32,000 nucleotides of DNA. Origin: Idiomarina loihiensis L2TR. Lineage in GTDB: Bacteria > Pseudomonadota > Gammaproteobacteria > Enterobacterales > Alteromonadaceae. The DNA is taken from positions 2,070,001-2,102,000 of the forward strand of contig NC_006512.1 of assembly GCF_000008465.1 (NCBI RefSeq), read 5' to 3'. How positions within the stretch are numbered: the first letter of the stretch is position 1; each line of letters starts with the position of its first letter. Made by a program: the position numbers and the translations under genes. This document shows, in pieces, positions 29,429-32,000 of this stretch. The notes below the pieces were generated by a model. That model did not search any database. It saw nothing but the letters and a program-made list of their open reading frames with translations, and was not told the origin of the DNA.

Positions 29429-30541
29429 GTGGACGTATACTTAGTTGGTGGCGCAGTACGCGATAAACTTCTGAAATTACCAGTACACGAACGCGACTGG
29501 GTAGTGGTCGGTGCCCGTGCAGAAGACTTGCTGAAACAGGGGTTTCTGCAAGTTGGTAAAGACTTCCCGGTGTTCCTGCACCCCAGTACCCGCGAAGAAT
29601 ACGCACTGGCCCGGACTGAACGAAAATCCGGCAAAGGCCACACCAGCTTTGACGTTTTTGCCTCTCCCGATGTGACTCTGGAAGATGATTTAGCCCGCCG
29701 GGATTTAACCATTAACGCCATTGCGCAAAGTGAGGACGGTGAAATAGTCGATCCATACAATGGCGTGCAAGATATTAAAGCGCGCAAGTTACGCCATGTT
29801 TCTGAGGCTTTTACTGAGGATCCGCTAAGGGTATTAAGAGTGGCGCGCTTTGCCGCACGTTTTGCCCACTTAGATTTTACCGTCGCCGAAGAGACTCAGC
29901 AAATGCTGCAGGAAATGTCAGCCAGTCAGGAACTCAGTCACTTAGTCCCTGAACGGGTCTGGCGGGAATGGGAGAAGTCACTGTTAACCCAAACGCCAAC
30001 TGTCTTTTTAACTCTGCTTAGAGACATACAGGCGCTTTCTCAGGTGTTACCCGGAATAACCGCCGATGATTCACAACTGCAACGATTGCAAAGAACATCG
30101 GCTTATTCCGATTCAGTGACGCTAAGATTTGCCAGCTTATTTATAGAGCAAGAAACCCCTGAGAGCCTGAAGCAGTTCTGCAGGCAACTGGCCATACCGA
30201 ATCATTATCGTGACAGCGCTTTGCTGGCAAGAAATCATGAAGATTTCATTACCACACCGGAGCTCCCAGAAAAAGCTCAATTGGCTGCACTACTGAAACA
30301 AATTGACTACTGGCGCCGACCGGAGAAGCTGGAGCAGTTGCTACAGTTACGGCAAGCTGAATATAGTGAATCTAAGCAGCAGAAAAGTATTGCTGCTCAG
30401 CATAAAAAGTTACGTTCGGGGGCAGAAAAAGCCGCAGCGCTTAATGCTGGGACTTTGCAGCAGCAGGGCTTTACCGGTAAAGCCCTGGGCGATGCTTTAC
30501 GCGAACAGCGTGAGCAGATACTGGCTGAGGCATTGAATTAA
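29429..30541 (+). CDS. cca: CCA-adding tRNA nucleotidyltransferase (class II, without recognisable HD motif)
   Basis: 370 aa with a GTG start and a GAGGTG SD. The N-terminal 200 aa are collinear with E. coli Cca ([74 protein letters not shown]). The C-terminal half is divergent. Confidence 0.9.
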
Positions 30542-31047
30542 CCTTCCAGCCAAGAAGTGTCGCTAATAGGCTCTAATTGTTGCGGTGAGTCTTTATGAGT
30601 CTGCTGGTATTGCTCCCACAACTGCTCGTAACTCACATTTAAAAGCGGATGCAGGTGGTGCCCGGCTATTTCAGCCAGTGGCCAGAGCACAAAGGCATTT
30701 TCAAGAATTTCGCCACGGGGCAACTGCGGTTGTTGCTCCCGAATAACGTCATCATACAATAAGACATCAATGTCTAATGTTCGCGGGCTGAACTTAGCAC
30801 TGCCCGGAATCCGTCCGTTTTCCTGCTCAATGCGCTTGCATTCAGCCAGAACTTCGGTAACAGAAAGGTTGGTTATTACCTCCACCACCAGATTGTAAAA
30901 ATCACTTCCGGAAAACCCTACCGAGGCACTGCGAAAAATTCTTGAGCGTTGTTGCCAGGTAAAGCTCTTTGCAATGGCTTTCAACCCTGCCCGAATATGT
31001 TTTTCACGATCCGTATTAGAACCTATTCCGAGAAAAACTTGCGCCAC
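30538..31047 (-). CDS. folK: 2-amino-4-hydroxy-6-hydroxymethyldihydropteridine pyrophosphokinase (HPPK)
   Basis: 169 aa. Motifs [18 protein letters not shown] and [10 protein letters not shown] match HPPK. Located 11 nt downstream of folB. Confidence 0.9.
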
Positions 31048-31058
31048 AACTTATCCTC

Positions 31059-31442
31059 TTACCCAAATGGGCTGTCGAAAACACTTCGGCGAACGCTTAC
31101 AGCCACCGTTTTAGCATTAGGCACAGCTCCGGGTTTAGCCACCCGCACTTCAACGTTCTGCACACCGAATTCATTCAAAATGAGGCTGGCAACGCCTTCA
31201 GCAACCGTTTCTATGAGCTGACGCGGCTTCTCTGCTACCCAGGCCGACACTCGCTCGCTCACCAGTGCATAATCTAAAGCGTCGTCAATATTGTCAGTAA
31301 CTGCCGCGCGCTGGTTGTCCCAGCTCATCTGAATATCCAGCACCAACTGCTGTTTTTTTTCTTTTTCCCAGTCATAGACACCAATGATGGTTTCTACGGT
31401 TAAGCCTTCAATGCTAACGACATCAATATCTGCTTGTTCCAT
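31059..31442 (-). CDS. folB: Dihydroneopterin aldolase
   Basis: 127 aa from ATG 31442 (MEQADIDVVSIEGL). FolB features are present (IGVYDWEK..Q.L..D, DYALV, LIETVAE, V.V.KPGA). It is divergent from plsY as in E. coli. The ORF-track TTG at 31469 adds 9 residues and is less likely. Confidence 0.85.
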   Translation of the reverse strand: MEQADIDVVSIEGLTVETIIGVYDWEKEKKQQLVLDIQMSWDNQRAAVTDNIDDALDYALVSERVSAWVAEKPRQLIETVAEGVASLILNEFGVQNVEVRVAKPGAVPNAKTVAVSVRRSVFDSPFG

Positions 31443-31539
31443 TTGTGTTAACCCGTGGTAATTGCCCAAAAAACCGCTTATTCTAGGGACATTGAGTTTT
31501 AATCGCAGTCTACCTTAACCAACGAGGGATTCGTACCCC

Positions 31540-32000
31540 ATGACAGCGCTTACTTTACTGATGATACTTTCAGCCTACCTTCTGGGCTCTATCAGTAGCG
31601 CTGTGGTTATCTGCCGGCTTTGGGGCTTACCTGACCCGCGCAAAGAAGGTTCCGGCAACCCCGGAGCCACGAATGTTTACCGGGTTGGCGGAAAAATCCC
31701 TGCGTTATTAACTCTTTGGTTTGATGTTTTAAAAGGTATGGTTCCGGTGTGGGGCTCTTACTTTCTCGGCATTGAGCCCTTTTTCCTTGGGCTAATTGCG
31801 GTTGCAGCCTGCCTTGGCCATATTTTTCCGCTTTACTTTCATTTTCGTGGCGGCAAAGCTGTTGCTACCGCCTTAGGTGCTATGTTTCCGGTTGCCTGGG
31901 AAATGGCGTTGTTGCTCATTGCCACCTGGTTACTGGTTTTCCGTGTCAGCCGGGTATCCTCTTTAGCGGCTTTAGTAACCGTCTGTCTGGCACCCTTTTA
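31540..32000 (+). CDS. plsY: Glycerol-3-phosphate acyltransferase PlsY (5' partial, runs off the window)
   Basis: Open frame from ATG 31540 to the window end: [52 protein letters not shown]...GHIFP.YF.F.GGKAVAT. These are the hallmark PlsY/YgiH motifs. Confidence 0.9.
   Translation, partial: MTALTLLMILSAYLLGSISSAVVICRLWGLPDPRKEGSGNPGATNVYRVGGKIPALLTLWFDVLKGMVPVWGSYFLGIEPFFLGLIAVAACLGHIFPLYFHFRGGKAVATALGAMFPVAWEMALLLIATWLLVFRVSRVSSLAALVTVCLAPF

Overview
This window reads as conserved core chromosome of a gammaproteobacterium. Many proteins align almost residue for residue with E. coli orthologues recalled from memory, for example PepA, ParE, TolC, YgiF and YqiB. I call 25 protein-coding genes, the last one truncated by the window edge. 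In order they are: an RDD-family membrane protein; lptG-lptF (-) divergent from pepA-holC-valS (+); a long co-directional minus-strand cluster nudF-yqiB-parE-parC-plsC-rraB; tolC (+); lpxL (+) converging on ygiF-glnE (-); a minimal-architecture putA (+); a long-form acyl-CoA dehydrogenase with a small overlapping membrane-protein gene (-); the type II secretion accessory pair gspA-gspB (-); cca (+); folB-folK (-); and the 5' part of plsY (+). Three clean Rho-independent terminators are visible, two of them bidirectional. I saw no rRNA, tRNA, CRISPR array, transposase, integrase, phage gene, toxin-antitoxin pair or recognisable defence gene, and intergenic space is small (225 bp at most). I therefore do not find convincing evidence for a novel multi-gene system here; gene content looks ordinary. 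The least explained items are modest. They are an uncharacterised two-helix membrane protein translationally coupled to the acyl-CoA dehydrogenase, nested AAAC/GTTT dyads upstream of that dehydrogenase, a 26-bp dyad upstream of a putA that lacks its own DNA-binding domain, repeated motifs in the nudF/tolC divergent region, two convergent gene overlaps, a Cca whose HD motif is replaced, and a plsC-rraB ATGA overlap. All functional calls rest on recognising protein sequences from memory, because no database search was possible.
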